DNA of 64,000 nt. Origin: Candidatus Woesearchaeota archaeon. Lineage in GTDB: Archaea > Nanobdellota > Nanobdellia > SCGC-AAA011-G17 > PNOQ01. The notes beneath the pieces were generated by a model, which saw nothing but the letters and a program-made list of their open reading frames with translations, searched no databases and had not been told where the DNA came from. Numbering within the stretch: the stretch's first letter is position 1; each line of letters begins with the position of its first letter. Below, in pieces: positions 37,567 to 46,450 of this stretch. The stretch spans positions 36,692 through 100,691 of the forward strand of contig CAYYFK010000001.1 of NCBI GenBank assembly GCA_964471565.1. The letters run 5' to 3'. The position numbers and the translations under genes are program-made.

Positions 37567-37884
37567 TTAAATGTCTCTAAGTTCTTCTTGTATTTTTCTA
37601 ATTTTTGCTAATTTTTGTTTTATCTCTAGCACTTTAGCCTGTGCTTTAGATTTATCTTTATTATAACTGCCCTCTTTCTCCACCAGCTTAGAAATCTGAT
37701 CTCTTAATTCCATCTCCTTAGACTGAGCATTCACCATTTTACTATTCAAAGAACCCACCCTTTTAGATACCTTATCTCTTTCGGCCTTCAGCTTCAGCAA
37801 CTCTTTTGATATATCTCCCAAAGCCTCAACAAGGGAACCTCTCTTCATGGGTGTTTTAAGAACCTTCTTTTTTTTAGTAACCAC
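37567..37884 (-). CDS. Small coiled-coil protein
   Basis: 105 aa. Heptad-like K/E-rich sequence (LKLKAERDKVSKRVGSLNSKMVNAQSKEMELRDQISKL). Confidence 0.45.
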   Translation of the reverse strand: MVTKKKKVLKTPMKRGSLVEALGDISKELLKLKAERDKVSKRVGSLNSKMVNAQSKEMELRDQISKLVEKEGSYNKDKSKAQAKVLEIKQKLAKIRKIQEELRDI

Positions 37885-37924
37885 TTTATACCTTTTTAAT
37901 TTTATTAATATATAAATCTTTCTT

Positions 37925-38800
37925 TTATATTTTTTTCACCATATTATTTATTCTCTTTAGTCCTTTTCTATACGCATCCTGCCCTATATATTTAGAATCG
38001 TATGCTTTTTTTAACAATCTTTTTTGCCTACTTAACTTATTTGCCATAGCAGTCTTTGCTTCTCGTGTTTTTTTGTTTTTTCTGTATGTTCCATACATTC
38101 TCTTTAATCTCTTAGATTGCGTTTTTTCTATTCTTCTTAATTTTGTTTGGTGGAATATAAAAACAAGCAATATAGCAATTCCCAACAAAACTAAAACAAA
38201 CCAGAATCCTACTTCCCATCCGGATGGAAAGAAAATCATTGGTTGTTTAATCTTTTCAGTTCTAGTTCTAGGAACACTCTTATCTCCAATAAGAGTCAAA
38301 TCGAGTGCTTTAAATTTTATTCCAACCCCATTAAAACTTGCCACTAAATCATCAGAACCATCCTCATCCAAATCAAAGAACAATAGTTCATCTGGAAGAA
38401 GACCAAACTTCTGACCAGAAATTTCTAAAATAAGTTTTTCATTGGCCCTATAGAAATAAACACTAAACTCAAACTCAGTTCCTAACTCAAAAATAGTAAG
38501 TACTTTATCCCCCGCTGATAAACCCTCTATCAAATATTCTTCATTTTCTGTAAAATCTAGAGTATGTGTTACAGGAGCAGCTCCACCTCCGGCTCCGCCA
38601 CTTCCCCCTCCAGATCCACCATCATCTCCAGGAGGATCAGAAGGTACAATTACATTCAAACCAACAGTGGCAGTAGCATAAGAATCTTCAGGAGCCACAG
38701 AAGAAGAATACTTAAAATACAATACACTTGGCATAACTATAGAAATAATTATTAATGCGAAAGCTAAAGAGGCAATTACTTCTCTTTTATACACTTTCAT
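37925..38800 (-). CDS. Bitopic membrane protein with Gly-rich linker and basic C-terminal tail
   Basis: N-terminal TM. DDGGSGGGSGGAGGGAAP. Second TM VGFWFVLVLLGIAILLVFIF, then a K/R-rich coiled tail. Confidence 0.5.
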   Translation of the reverse strand: MKVYKREVIASLAFALIIISIVMPSVLYFKYSSSVAPEDSYATATVGLNVIVPSDPPGDDGGSGGGSGGAGGGAAPVTHTLDFTENEEYLIEGLSAGDKVLTIFELGTEFEFSVYFYRANEKLILEISGQKFGLLPDELLFFDLDEDGSDDLVASFNGVGIKFKALDLTLIGDKSVPRTRTEKIKQPMIFFPSGWEVGFWFVLVLLGIAILLVFIFHQTKLRRIEKTQSKRLKRMYGTYRKNKKTREAKTAMANKLSRQKRLLKKAYDSKYIGQDAYRKGLKRINNMVKKI

Positions 38801-39945
38801 CTTTTACCATCTCTTTTTTTCTTTATTCTTATCAAAATAAAATACCCAATTCCAAATACAATAATAAAAATACCTGCCCCTACCCAAAGAATGGAATAAT
38901 CAAATGATTTAACTTCAATATCAAATTCTTCTTCAGTGTGTATATCATCATAAATAAGGCTCAATCTAGCAGGATATTTTCCAGAACTCATTCCTTCAGC
39001 ATCCACATATATTAAAACATCTCTTTCCTCCCAAGAATTTAATCTAAATGTCTCACTTTTGAAAGACTTAAATGGATTATGATATATTTCTAAAAAAGCA
39101 ACTACATTATCTATTTCATTACCCCAATCACTTTTCACTCTCAAATAATATCGGTTTATTGTACCAACCTCTACATCATTATCATAATCTAAAATAGAAA
39201 CATGTACATCTCCCAACTTAAAATTTGCCATAGATTCAGAAGTTTTACCTTGAAAGTTTAAAGTTGACATGCCCCAATAGTCTCCAAATGTATTATCTTC
39301 AGGATTCCATTTCATTTGTATCTCTTTTATTTCTCCCAATTCTAATTGATCATTAAAAGAAAGTTGACCAACACTCTCGTTATAAACATTAAAAATATCT
39401 ATAACTCCTTCAATATTACTAAGAGCGACACTACCTGTATTTTCCATTTTTAAATAAAAAGGAACTAGCTCTCCAACCGAAACACTAGTAGCTTTCAATC
39501 TTGAGCTCAAGTATGGCCCTTCAAAAGGCACTCTAACAATAAAAATACTCGCAGAAGCAGTTAAAACACTAATAAAATCGGTTGATTCTTCAATAGCGAT
39601 TTCACTAGCAACAAAATCAAAACGATAATCTCCAGGTTTTTCAAATTTTTCTGGCATGAGAATATTAAATCTAAAAGCTTTAGTTTCCCCAGGTTGGAAT
39701 AAATACTCCTGAGTTACAAAGTCTGTATAGTTTTCCATTTCACCATAAACAAACATCTTTCCAAGAACTTGCTCTTCATTAGAATTTCTAACATGAACAC
39801 TAACTCCTTTTGCCATTCCAGATTCAAATGTAACTACATCCTTACTTGGAGTTACCTCCAAAGCATACGCACTAGAAAACATACACAACAAAACCAAGAA
39901 AATAATTATTCCCCTCTTTACCATGTTTAAAGAAAAAGAAAGCAA
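38797..39945 (-). CDS. Surface protein, N-terminal signal and C-terminal TM anchor (paralogue of 28734..29933)
   Basis: Signal ...SSAYA|LE. C-terminal ILWVGAGIFIIVFGIGYFILIRIKKKRDGKR. Shared blocks with 28734..29933 (PGDYRFDFVASEI vs PGDHDVKIVVREI; GVIDIFNVYNE vs GIIDIYGLTNE). Confidence 0.6.
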   Translation of the reverse strand: MLSFSLNMVKRGIIIFLVLLCMFSSAYALEVTPSKDVVTFESGMAKGVSVHVRNSNEEQVLGKMFVYGEMENYTDFVTQEYLFQPGETKAFRFNILMPEKFEKPGDYRFDFVASEIAIEESTDFISVLTASASIFIVRVPFEGPYLSSRLKATSVSVGELVPFYLKMENTGSVALSNIEGVIDIFNVYNESVGQLSFNDQLELGEIKEIQMKWNPEDNTFGDYWGMSTLNFQGKTSESMANFKLGDVHVSILDYDNDVEVGTINRYYLRVKSDWGNEIDNVVAFLEIYHNPFKSFKSETFRLNSWEERDVLIYVDAEGMSSGKYPARLSLIYDDIHTEEEFDIEVKSFDYSILWVGAGIFIIVFGIGYFILIRIKKKRDGKR

Positions 39946-39963
39946 GGTTTTTAAAAATTACTA

Positions 39964-40530
39964 TTATCCTGTAAAGGTGCAAATAAAAGTTATAGTTCCA
40001 CTTTTCATTCCTGATCCCTCTCCGATTGGAACAGTAGCATTTACACTAACATTCATCTCATCAGTAGCAGCCGCAAAAGCTAGATCAGAAACCAAAATTT
40101 CGGCCGCACCAACAGAATTATTAATAATTTTAAAGCCAGTTACGCAAGTTCCACTTTCAGTTTCATTACATTGCATTGTCCAATTTTGAGTTGGTGCTGT
40201 CTCTGTTATAAATAAATCATCCGTAGAATAACCAGTTATGTTCTGCCCCACATTTCCTGTATTCTCCAAAACTATAAAATCTGGAACCGTAATCTCTTCG
40301 CTCCTATTATAATTTCCCCTAGTTATATTTCCTAAATTAATTGTACTATCTATAGCACTACAGGCAGTAGTGGTATTGACCTCCAATTTAACAGTTCCAG
40401 TAGTAGTAGCAGCTCCAGTTATAGTGTCCATAAAAGAAACACTAAGCCAAGTTCCAGAAACAGAAGCGATAATCGCCATAGCCAATAAAATAGCTAAACT
40501 ATTATTCGATGCCTTCATTTCCCTCAACAC
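39964..40530 (-). CDS. Secreted N-glycosylation-rich small surface protein, tandem paralogue 1
   Basis: Signal MKASNNSLAILLAMAIIASVSG. About 10 N-x-S/T sequons in 188 aa. About 75% aa identity to 40779..41321. Confidence 0.6.
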   Translation of the reverse strand: MLREMKASNNSLAILLAMAIIASVSGTWLSVSFMDTITGAATTTGTVKLEVNTTTACSAIDSTINLGNITRGNYNRSEEITVPDFIVLENTGNVGQNITGYSTDDLFITETAPTQNWTMQCNETESGTCVTGFKIINNSVGAAEILVSDLAFAAATDEMNVSVNATVPIGEGSGMKSGTITFICTFTG

Positions 40531-40801
40531 CCTCTTCTTTTATTTCATCAGCCACGACATTCAAACCTACAAATCCAGTAGCACTAGACTCCAAAACTAT
40601 ATTATTAGTGACTGGCCCACCATAAGAATGAGAATAGTCATAAACTGCATATGCCCCAAAGATGGAAACAATAACTGCCACAACCAACAAAGCAATAATG
40701 ACCTTGTCAGAGACCTCTCTCTTATCACCTTTTTTCATATAAAGAATATGAGAAGTAAAAATATATAAATCTTTTCCTTTAACCAGAGTATGTACAAACA
40801 A
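40502..40801 (-). CDS. Small membrane protein (likely starts at internal MKKGDKRE...)
   Basis: MKKGDKREVSDKVIIALLVVAVIVSIFGAYAV: one TM helix, acidic C-terminus. Lies between the tandem paralogues. Confidence 0.35.
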   Translation of the reverse strand: MFVHTLVKGKDLYIFTSHILYMKKGDKREVSDKVIIALLVVAVIVSIFGAYAVYDYSHSYGGPVTNNIVLESSATGFVGLNVVADEIKEEGVEGNEGIE

Positions 40802-41321
40802 AAGTTATAGTCCCAGTTTTCATTCCAGAGGACTCTCCGATAGGTACAGTAGCATTCACACTAACATTCATCTCATCAGTAGCAGCTATAGTAACCAAAT
40901 CATTAACTAATGTTTCCGCAGTTCCTACAGACGAATTTATTATTTTAAACCCATTCACACAGGTTCCACTCTGGCTTACATTGCACTGCATTGTCCAATT
41001 TTGAGTAGGGGCAGCTGAAGAATCAAACAAATCCGAAGTAGAATAACCAGTTATATTAAGTAAAACATTTCCGTTATTCTCAATAACAACAAAATCAGTA
41101 TCAGGAGTGCCATCAATCTCTTCACTCCTATTATAATTTCCCCTAGTTATATTTCCCAAATTAATTGTACTATCTGTAGCAGTACAAGAAGTAGAAGCAT
41201 TAACTTCCAATTTTATAGTCCCAGTTGTAACTGCTGCCCCTGTTATAGTATCCATAAAAGAAATTGCTACCCACGTGCCAGTTATAGTAGACACAACTGA
41301 AATTACCAACAAAATCACCAA
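40779..41321 (-). CDS. Secreted N-glycosylation-rich small surface protein, tandem paralogue 2 (non-ATG start)
   Basis: Long DNA stretches identical to paralogue 1 (e.g. ctcctattataatttcccctagttatatttcc). No in-frame ATG; upstream in-frame codons still encode ...SNNFLVILL matching the paralogue-1 signal. Confidence 0.55.
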   Translation of the reverse strand: MVILLVISVVSTITGTWVAISFMDTITGAAVTTGTIKLEVNASTSCTATDSTINLGNITRGNYNRSEEIDGTPDTDFVVIENNGNVLLNITGYSTSDLFDSSAAPTQNWTMQCNVSQSGTCVNGFKIINSSVGTAETLVNDLVTIAATDEMNVSVNATVPIGESSGMKTGTITFVCTYSG

Positions 41322-41379
41322 AAAATTATTCGAAAGTCTAATTTATTCTCCTCTTTTTACTGAATATAAAATATTTATG

Positions 41380-42249
41380 TTAGTATTTAAACTTTTTGAA
41401 AACAAACTGCCCAGACACATTGTCATTTAATAGTTTCTCAGCTTTTTTTGTTAAATTTCCATTTGTAAAAAATAAAACGGGTAATTTGTTATTATTTCCT
41501 TCTTCCCAAGCAAGTTGTATGTCTTTATCATTAATCACTTTTTTTGTTTTTGCTTTGACAAAATATCTCAATTTCCCCAAGGTGGTAGGAATATCTACTA
41601 CAAAATTAAACTCTTTATTTTTTCTAACTACATCTTGAGAGATAACATAAATTTCCTTCTCATTGAAATATTTATTTAATTCTTCAAATATTTCTCCTTC
41701 ACTAGATTGTGTTTTTTCTTCTTTCTTCAAAGGTTTCTTCTCAGCCCTTTCTGGTTCTTTTTTAGGAACCTCTTTTTCTTCGGTTTCTTTTTTCTTTTCA
41801 GAAACACCGAGCTCATTTTTTATCAATTCCTTTGTCTTTTCATTATCTTCCAAATAATATTTCCAAAAGATTTCATACTCTCCAGAGATCCCAACATTTA
41901 ATGGAACTGCAAAATCTTTCAAGGCCCTCAAAGCAACTCTCTGCCATGGTTCAGCAGTCTTATCTCGAATAACTCCTTTTTCTTTTAATAGTTGAAATGC
42001 CTCCTTTTCTTTTCCAGACAAATATTCAGAAAGATTCTCTAATTTATTTTCTTGACCTTTTAAATAGTAAAATGGACTGCCTCCTTTCTTCAAACTACTA
42101 ATTTGAACTTCCTTCTTATCTACTAGATTAGATAAAATAGCACTAGCAAATAAAATATTAGTATTAATAACTTTGGCAAGTTGAGCCGGAATAAGAGGCC
42201 CCTCTCTTTTTATAATATCTAGAATTTCTGCTTTATTATCTTTAACCAT
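41380..42249 (-). CDS. Winged-helix DNA-binding protein (TFE/TFIIE-alpha-like N-terminal wH) with K/E-rich linker and C-terminal domain
   Basis: ILDIIKREGPLIPAQLAKVINTNILFASAILSNLVDKKEVQ...GGSPFYYL resembles the TFE wH (GWYYYYW). Rest unassigned. Confidence 0.3.
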   Translation of the reverse strand: MVKDNKAEILDIIKREGPLIPAQLAKVINTNILFASAILSNLVDKKEVQISSLKKGGSPFYYLKGQENKLENLSEYLSGKEKEAFQLLKEKGVIRDKTAEPWQRVALRALKDFAVPLNVGISGEYEIFWKYYLEDNEKTKELIKNELGVSEKKKETEEKEVPKKEPERAEKKPLKKEEKTQSSEGEIFEELNKYFNEKEIYVISQDVVRKNKEFNFVVDIPTTLGKLRYFVKAKTKKVINDKDIQLAWEEGNNNKLPVLFFTNGNLTKKAEKLLNDNVSGQFVFKKFKY

Positions 42250-42281
42250 GCAAAAAGAGAAATCAAACCACTATAAAAAAT

Positions 42282-42812
42282 CTATGGTCTTTCCCAATTT
42301 ACATTATAATATGTAACATCCCCTTCATCATCTACAATAGCAATAAGCAAATTTTTCCTAGTTGAGTGAGCAACCCTATTTTTAGCAGAGAACTCATACC
42401 AACTAAAATTTTCTCCCTCATGAACAGCATACATAACCCATTTAGCATGATCCTCTCCTGGCTTAACCCCTCTTTCATAAACCCTAAAATCTGCTCCAAA
42501 TTTTAAAGCAGTTTTTACAATATATCCTCTGCCCCTTATATCCTTATACACAGAATATCTTGTCCAAAATCGAGGCTCTAGCTTTCTAGCTTTTTTTACA
42601 AAGGTTTCTATTTTCATTACTTTATTCCTACCATCAACAACGTCCATCAAACCTTTTTCAATTAAATATAAGGATTCAGATAAAGAATATCTAAATTTTT
42701 TGTATTTAAGCTCTCCAAACCTACTTTTATCATAAACCGATCTAGTTTCCGGACTATCTGAAGCTACTATCGAAAACTCCTCAAATTTTCCAGTTATCTT
42801 TCCTTTATACAT
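42282..42812 (-). CDS. endA: tRNA-splicing endonuclease EndA
   Basis: RGRGYIVKTALKFGADFRVYERG...HAKWVMYAV...AHSTRKNLLIAIVDDEGDVTYYNVNWERP (catalytic Y/H/K region). Confidence 0.85.
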   Translation of the reverse strand: MYKGKITGKFEEFSIVASDSPETRSVYDKSRFGELKYKKFRYSLSESLYLIEKGLMDVVDGRNKVMKIETFVKKARKLEPRFWTRYSVYKDIRGRGYIVKTALKFGADFRVYERGVKPGEDHAKWVMYAVHEGENFSWYEFSAKNRVAHSTRKNLLIAIVDDEGDVTYYNVNWERP

Positions 42813-42862
42813 AAAAAAACAAAAGGAAAAATTATTTAAAAACCTTTCCTTAACAGAAAAAT

Positions 42863-43756
42863 ATGAAAATTACATTTTTGGGGACATCTGGCATGCAGCC
42901 AACAAAAGATAGAAACGCCTCTGCAATTTTAGTAAACCATAAAGAAGAAAACATTTTAATAGACTGCGGAGAAGGAACCCAAAGACAATTCAGAAAACTA
43001 AACATTAGTCCAACAAAAATAACAAAAATTCTAATTTCCCATTGGCATGGAGACCATATTTTAGGATTGCCAGGATTAATTTTAACATTAGGAGCCTCAG
43101 AATATTCAAAAACTTTAGAAATTTATGGCCCAAAAGGAACAAAAAAATATATGAAAAATATATTCAAATCATTCATAACAAAAAACAAGATAGATTTGAA
43201 AATAAAAGAAATAAATAAAGAGGGAACCTTCTTAGAAACAAAGGATCTAACAATTTCTAGTGTAAATCTAATCCATTCTTCTCCTTGTCTTGGTTATTTA
43301 ATAAAAGAAAAAGACAAAAGAAAAATGAAGATGCCTTATCTAAAAAAGTTTGGATTGACAAAGGACCCAATACTAGGAAAATTACAAAAAGGAAAGAATA
43401 TTTCTTACAAAGGGCACAAAATATTAGTTAAAGATGCAACTACACTTATTCCAGGAAAAAAAATATCAATAATTTTAGATACATCTCCATCACAAAAAAT
43501 AATTAGTGCAGTAAAAAACTCAGACTTACTAGTAACAGAATCAACTTTTTCTTCGAAACTAAAAGAAAAAGCAAGATTATACAAACATCTAACATCAGAA
43601 GATGCTGCAAGAATAGCAAAAAAATCTAATTCGAAAAAACTGGTATTAACTCATTTCGGAAAGAGACATAACACTACAACGCTTTTATTAAAAGAAGCTA
43701 AAAAAATATTCAAAAACACTAAAGCTGCAAAAGACCTTATGACTATTTCACCTTAA
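42863..43756 (+). CDS. rnz: Ribonuclease Z (tRNA 3' endonuclease)
   Basis: MKITFLGTSGMQPTKDRNASAILV...IDCGEGTQRQ...ILISHWHGDHILGLPGL. Confidence 0.85.
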   Translation: MKITFLGTSGMQPTKDRNASAILVNHKEENILIDCGEGTQRQFRKLNISPTKITKILISHWHGDHILGLPGLILTLGASEYSKTLEIYGPKGTKKYMKNIFKSFITKNKIDLKIKEINKEGTFLETKDLTISSVNLIHSSPCLGYLIKEKDKRKMKMPYLKKFGLTKDPILGKLQKGKNISYKGHKILVKDATTLIPGKKISIILDTSPSQKIISAVKNSDLLVTESTFSSKLKEKARLYKHLTSEDAARIAKKSNSKKLVLTHFGKRHNTTTLLLKEAKKIFKNTKAAKDLMTISP

Positions 43757-44324
43757 CAACATATTCAAAATATCCATCATATGGGTTTTCAATTTCTAAC
43801 ATTTGCTTCACAGACAATTTTTCAAAATATCTCCTAAGTGGCCTCATAGAATTCCCATGAGCAGAAATAGCAACATTAACTTTATTTTTTTTAACAAATT
43901 TAAGTAGCTCTTCAATAAATTTCTTTACTCTTATCTCAACTTTATATATAGACTCACCGCCAGGCGGAGAAACTTTATATCCTCTATGAAAACCATCATA
44001 TTTCTTTGGAGAATTTTTTCTAATATATCCATAGTGTGTCATTCCAGTAACATCTCCATAATCTCTTTCAATTATTCTATCATCAGTGATTATACTTTTA
44101 CATTCTGGATGAAATTTTAAAACTTCTTTCATTGTTTGTTTAGATCTCTTTAGACTAGACTGATAAGCAACATGTATTTTTTTATTCTTTAACCTCAAAG
44201 CAACTATCTTGGCGTCTTCCTTTCCTCGAACATTTAAAGTTGTTTGTCTAAAGCCAGAAAACTTGCCACGAGCATTATCCCAGGTAGTCCCATGTCTAAA
44301 TAAATAGATATAATAATTTTTCAT
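43743..44324 (-). CDS. Histidine phosphatase superfamily (phosphoglycerate mutase-like) protein
   Basis: YLFRHGTTWDN (RHG catalytic motif). 193 aa. Confidence 0.6.
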   Translation of the reverse strand: MKNYYIYLFRHGTTWDNARGKFSGFRQTTLNVRGKEDAKIVALRLKNKKIHVAYQSSLKRSKQTMKEVLKFHPECKSIITDDRIIERDYGDVTGMTHYGYIRKNSPKKYDGFHRGYKVSPPGGESIYKVEIRVKKFIEELLKFVKKNKVNVAISAHGNSMRPLRRYFEKLSVKQMLEIENPYDGYFEYVVKVK

Positions 44325-44402
44325 ATTAAATTCTTGATTTTAACAAATTAAAAAACTTTCCATTACAAAAACTTAATAAAGACTTAATCTTTTCTTTCCA
44401 AT

Positions 44403-45038
44403 ATGACAGATATGGCCATAACTTATGAAACCTTGTATGATATTCTAAGAAGAGAGAAGAATAGAGCAGAACTACAAGAATTAGACCAATTATTTTACCA
44501 AAATTTAATCACTTACTTAAAAGAAAAGAAAGAAATTCTAAGATCTCAAGAGCAAAAAGACTCTATATTCACCACAGTAGAAGTCCAAAAAACTAGAAAA
44601 CAGATAGAAAACATACAAAAGATAGTAAAGGAGCTTTATGAAAAGAGAGAATCCAAGATAATTCAGCTTGCTTTAATAAATTCAAGGTCTCAAACTCAAA
44701 AAAATGACAAGATTTCAATGTTAAATTCAGAAAAAGAAATATATGATTCAATAATACAAAATTTGGATAAATACAGAAAAGATATCCTCCATAACATAGT
44801 TTTAGGAAATAACCTAAATCAAGCAAAAATTGAACCAAAAGACTTAAAAAAGGATGAAAAACCTAAAACTACAACGAGAGAAGTAATATTCAAGAAGAAA
44901 ACAGAAAAATTTGTTGGCACAGATTTGGAAAGCTATGGTCCATTTGAGAAAGGAGATATAGTAAAATTGCCAGCAGAAATAGCTGATTTCATGATAAACA
45001 AAAATCAAGTTGAAAAGGTAGAAAATGAAAACGCCTAA
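44403..45038 (+). CDS. GINS subunit Gins51-like (putative)
   Basis: N-terminal helical ITYETLYDILRREKNRAELQELDQLFYQNL. C-terminal B-domain-like YGPFEKGDIVKLPAEIADFMINKNQV. Confidence 0.4.
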   Translation: MTDMAITYETLYDILRREKNRAELQELDQLFYQNLITYLKEKKEILRSQEQKDSIFTTVEVQKTRKQIENIQKIVKELYEKRESKIIQLALINSRSQTQKNDKISMLNSEKEIYDSIIQNLDKYRKDILHNIVLGNNLNQAKIEPKDLKKDEKPKTTTREVIFKKKTEKFVGTDLESYGPFEKGDIVKLPAEIADFMINKNQVEKVENENA

Positions 45039-45336
45039 AACAAGAAAATCATATTGTAAAAAGTGTAAGAAACACACAGAGCACAAATCTAGTCAGAACA
45101 AGACAACTGGAAAGAGGGGAGCATTAAAAAGAGGATCAATTGACAGAGCAAAGAAAAGAGGATTAGGTACAGGATATGGAAATTTAGGAAATTATGGGTC
45201 AAGACCTGCAGTAACTAAATGGAAAAGATCAGGTTCAAAAACAAGTAAAAAAATAGCATTAAAATTGACTTGTAATGAATGTAGTAAATCAAAATTATTG
45301 CAACAAAGAAGATCAAAAAAGGTAGAATTTGTATAA
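45025..45336 (+). CDS. rpl44e: Ribosomal protein L44e
   Basis: KTRKSYCKKCKKHTEHK...GYGNLG...KIALKLTCNECSK (C4 ribbon). Confidence 0.85.
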   Translation: MKTPKTRKSYCKKCKKHTEHKSSQNKTTGKRGALKRGSIDRAKKRGLGTGYGNLGNYGSRPAVTKWKRSGSKTSKKIALKLTCNECSKSKLLQQRRSKKVEFV

Positions 45337-45337
45337 A

Positions 45338-45505
45338 ATGGAATCGAAATTTATAAAAATAAGATGTAAAAAATGTAAGAATGAGCAAATTATATTTCAA
45401 AAAGCTTCAACAACAATTAAATGTTTAGTCTGTGGAGAGATATTAGCTACCCCAAAAGGCGGAAAAGCAGAAATAAAAGCTACAGTCTTAGAAATTTTAG
45501 AATGA
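45338..45505 (+). CDS. rps27e: Ribosomal protein S27e (not in ORF track)
   Basis: MESKFIKIRCKKCKNEQIIFQKASTTIKCLVCGEILATPKGGKAEI (C4 Zn finger). 55 aa. Confidence 0.85.
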   Translation: MESKFIKIRCKKCKNEQIIFQKASTTIKCLVCGEILATPKGGKAEIKATVLEILE

Positions 45506-45509
45506 TAAA

Positions 45510-46283
45510 ATGTATTACAAGAAAAAAGGCATGCCCGAAGAAGGAGAAATAGTTCTTTGTACAGTTAAAAAAATTCTTTATCACTCAGTTTTTGCAACAA
45601 TTGACGAATATAATGCACTAGAAGGAATGCTTCACATTTCTGAGATTTCTCCAGGAAGAATAAGAAATATAAGAGATTATGTGAAAGAAGGAAAACAAAT
45701 AGTGTGCAAGGTTTTAAGAATAGATAAAGAAAAGGGGCATATTGATTTATCCTTAAGAAGAGTAAATAATGCCCAAAAAATAAACAAAATACAAGATAGT
45801 AAATCAGAACAGAAAGCAGAAAAAATTCTGGAATTCATTGGAAAAGACTCTGGGAAAGACCTTCCTCAAATGTATAAAGAATTAGGATATACATTAATAG
45901 AAAAATATGGATCAATAAACGCTTCTTTTGAAAATTTTTCTCTAGATCCAAGTCAGATAGATGAATTAAAACTAACAAAGAAATTATCAGAATTCCTAAA
46001 GAAAACAGTAGAGGAAAAAATAAAATCTCCGGAAGTAGAAATAAAAGAAATAATTGAAATAACTACAGATAAACCAAATGGCATAGACATAATAAAAAAA
46101 ATATTAGCAAAATTACAGAAGGGAGATATCAAGATATCTTATATTGGCTCCCCCAAATATAAAATCTCTATTAAGGCCTCAGACTATAAAACGGCAGAAG
46201 GGCTAATCCAACAACTAAATGAAGATGCAGAAAAAATGGCAGAAGAAGAAGAAATTACAATAACTTTTTCTAGAGAAAAATGA
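45510..46283 (+). CDS. eif2a: Translation initiation factor 2 alpha subunit
   Basis: S1 domain EGEIVLCTVKKI...MLHISEISPGRIRNIRDYVKEGKQIVCKVLRIDKEKGHIDLSLRRV. Confidence 0.85.
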   Translation: MYYKKKGMPEEGEIVLCTVKKILYHSVFATIDEYNALEGMLHISEISPGRIRNIRDYVKEGKQIVCKVLRIDKEKGHIDLSLRRVNNAQKINKIQDSKSEQKAEKILEFIGKDSGKDLPQMYKELGYTLIEKYGSINASFENFSLDPSQIDELKLTKKLSEFLKKTVEEKIKSPEVEIKEIIEITTDKPNGIDIIKKILAKLQKGDIKISYIGSPKYKISIKASDYKTAEGLIQQLNEDAEKMAEEEEITITFSREK

Positions 46284-46450
46284 AAAGAATTCTAAGATGC
46301 TCTAAATGTTCAACATACACTATGAAAGAAACGTGTCCTAAGTGCAATATAAAAACAATCAATCCAAAGCCTGCAAAATATTCTCCAGAAGACAAATACG
46401 GAAAATATAGAAGGATAGCTAAAGAAAAAAAACAATTCCAAATTAATTAA
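46280..46450 (+). CDS. nop10: H/ACA RNP protein Nop10 (not in ORF track)
   Basis: MKRILRCSKCSTYTMKETCPKCN...KYSPEDKYGKYRR. Start overlaps the aIF2a stop (ATGA). Confidence 0.85.
   Translation: MKRILRCSKCSTYTMKETCPKCNIKTINPKPAKYSPEDKYGKYRRIAKEKKQFQIN

Noticed and set aside
39964-41321. Tandem glycoprotein paralogues considered as archaellins (flaB1/flaB2)
   Set aside because: There is no class III KG cleavage motif. The hydrophobic N-terminal segment is too short (~18 aa vs ~30), there is no archaellin consensus, and no fla accessory genes (flaHIJ) are present.
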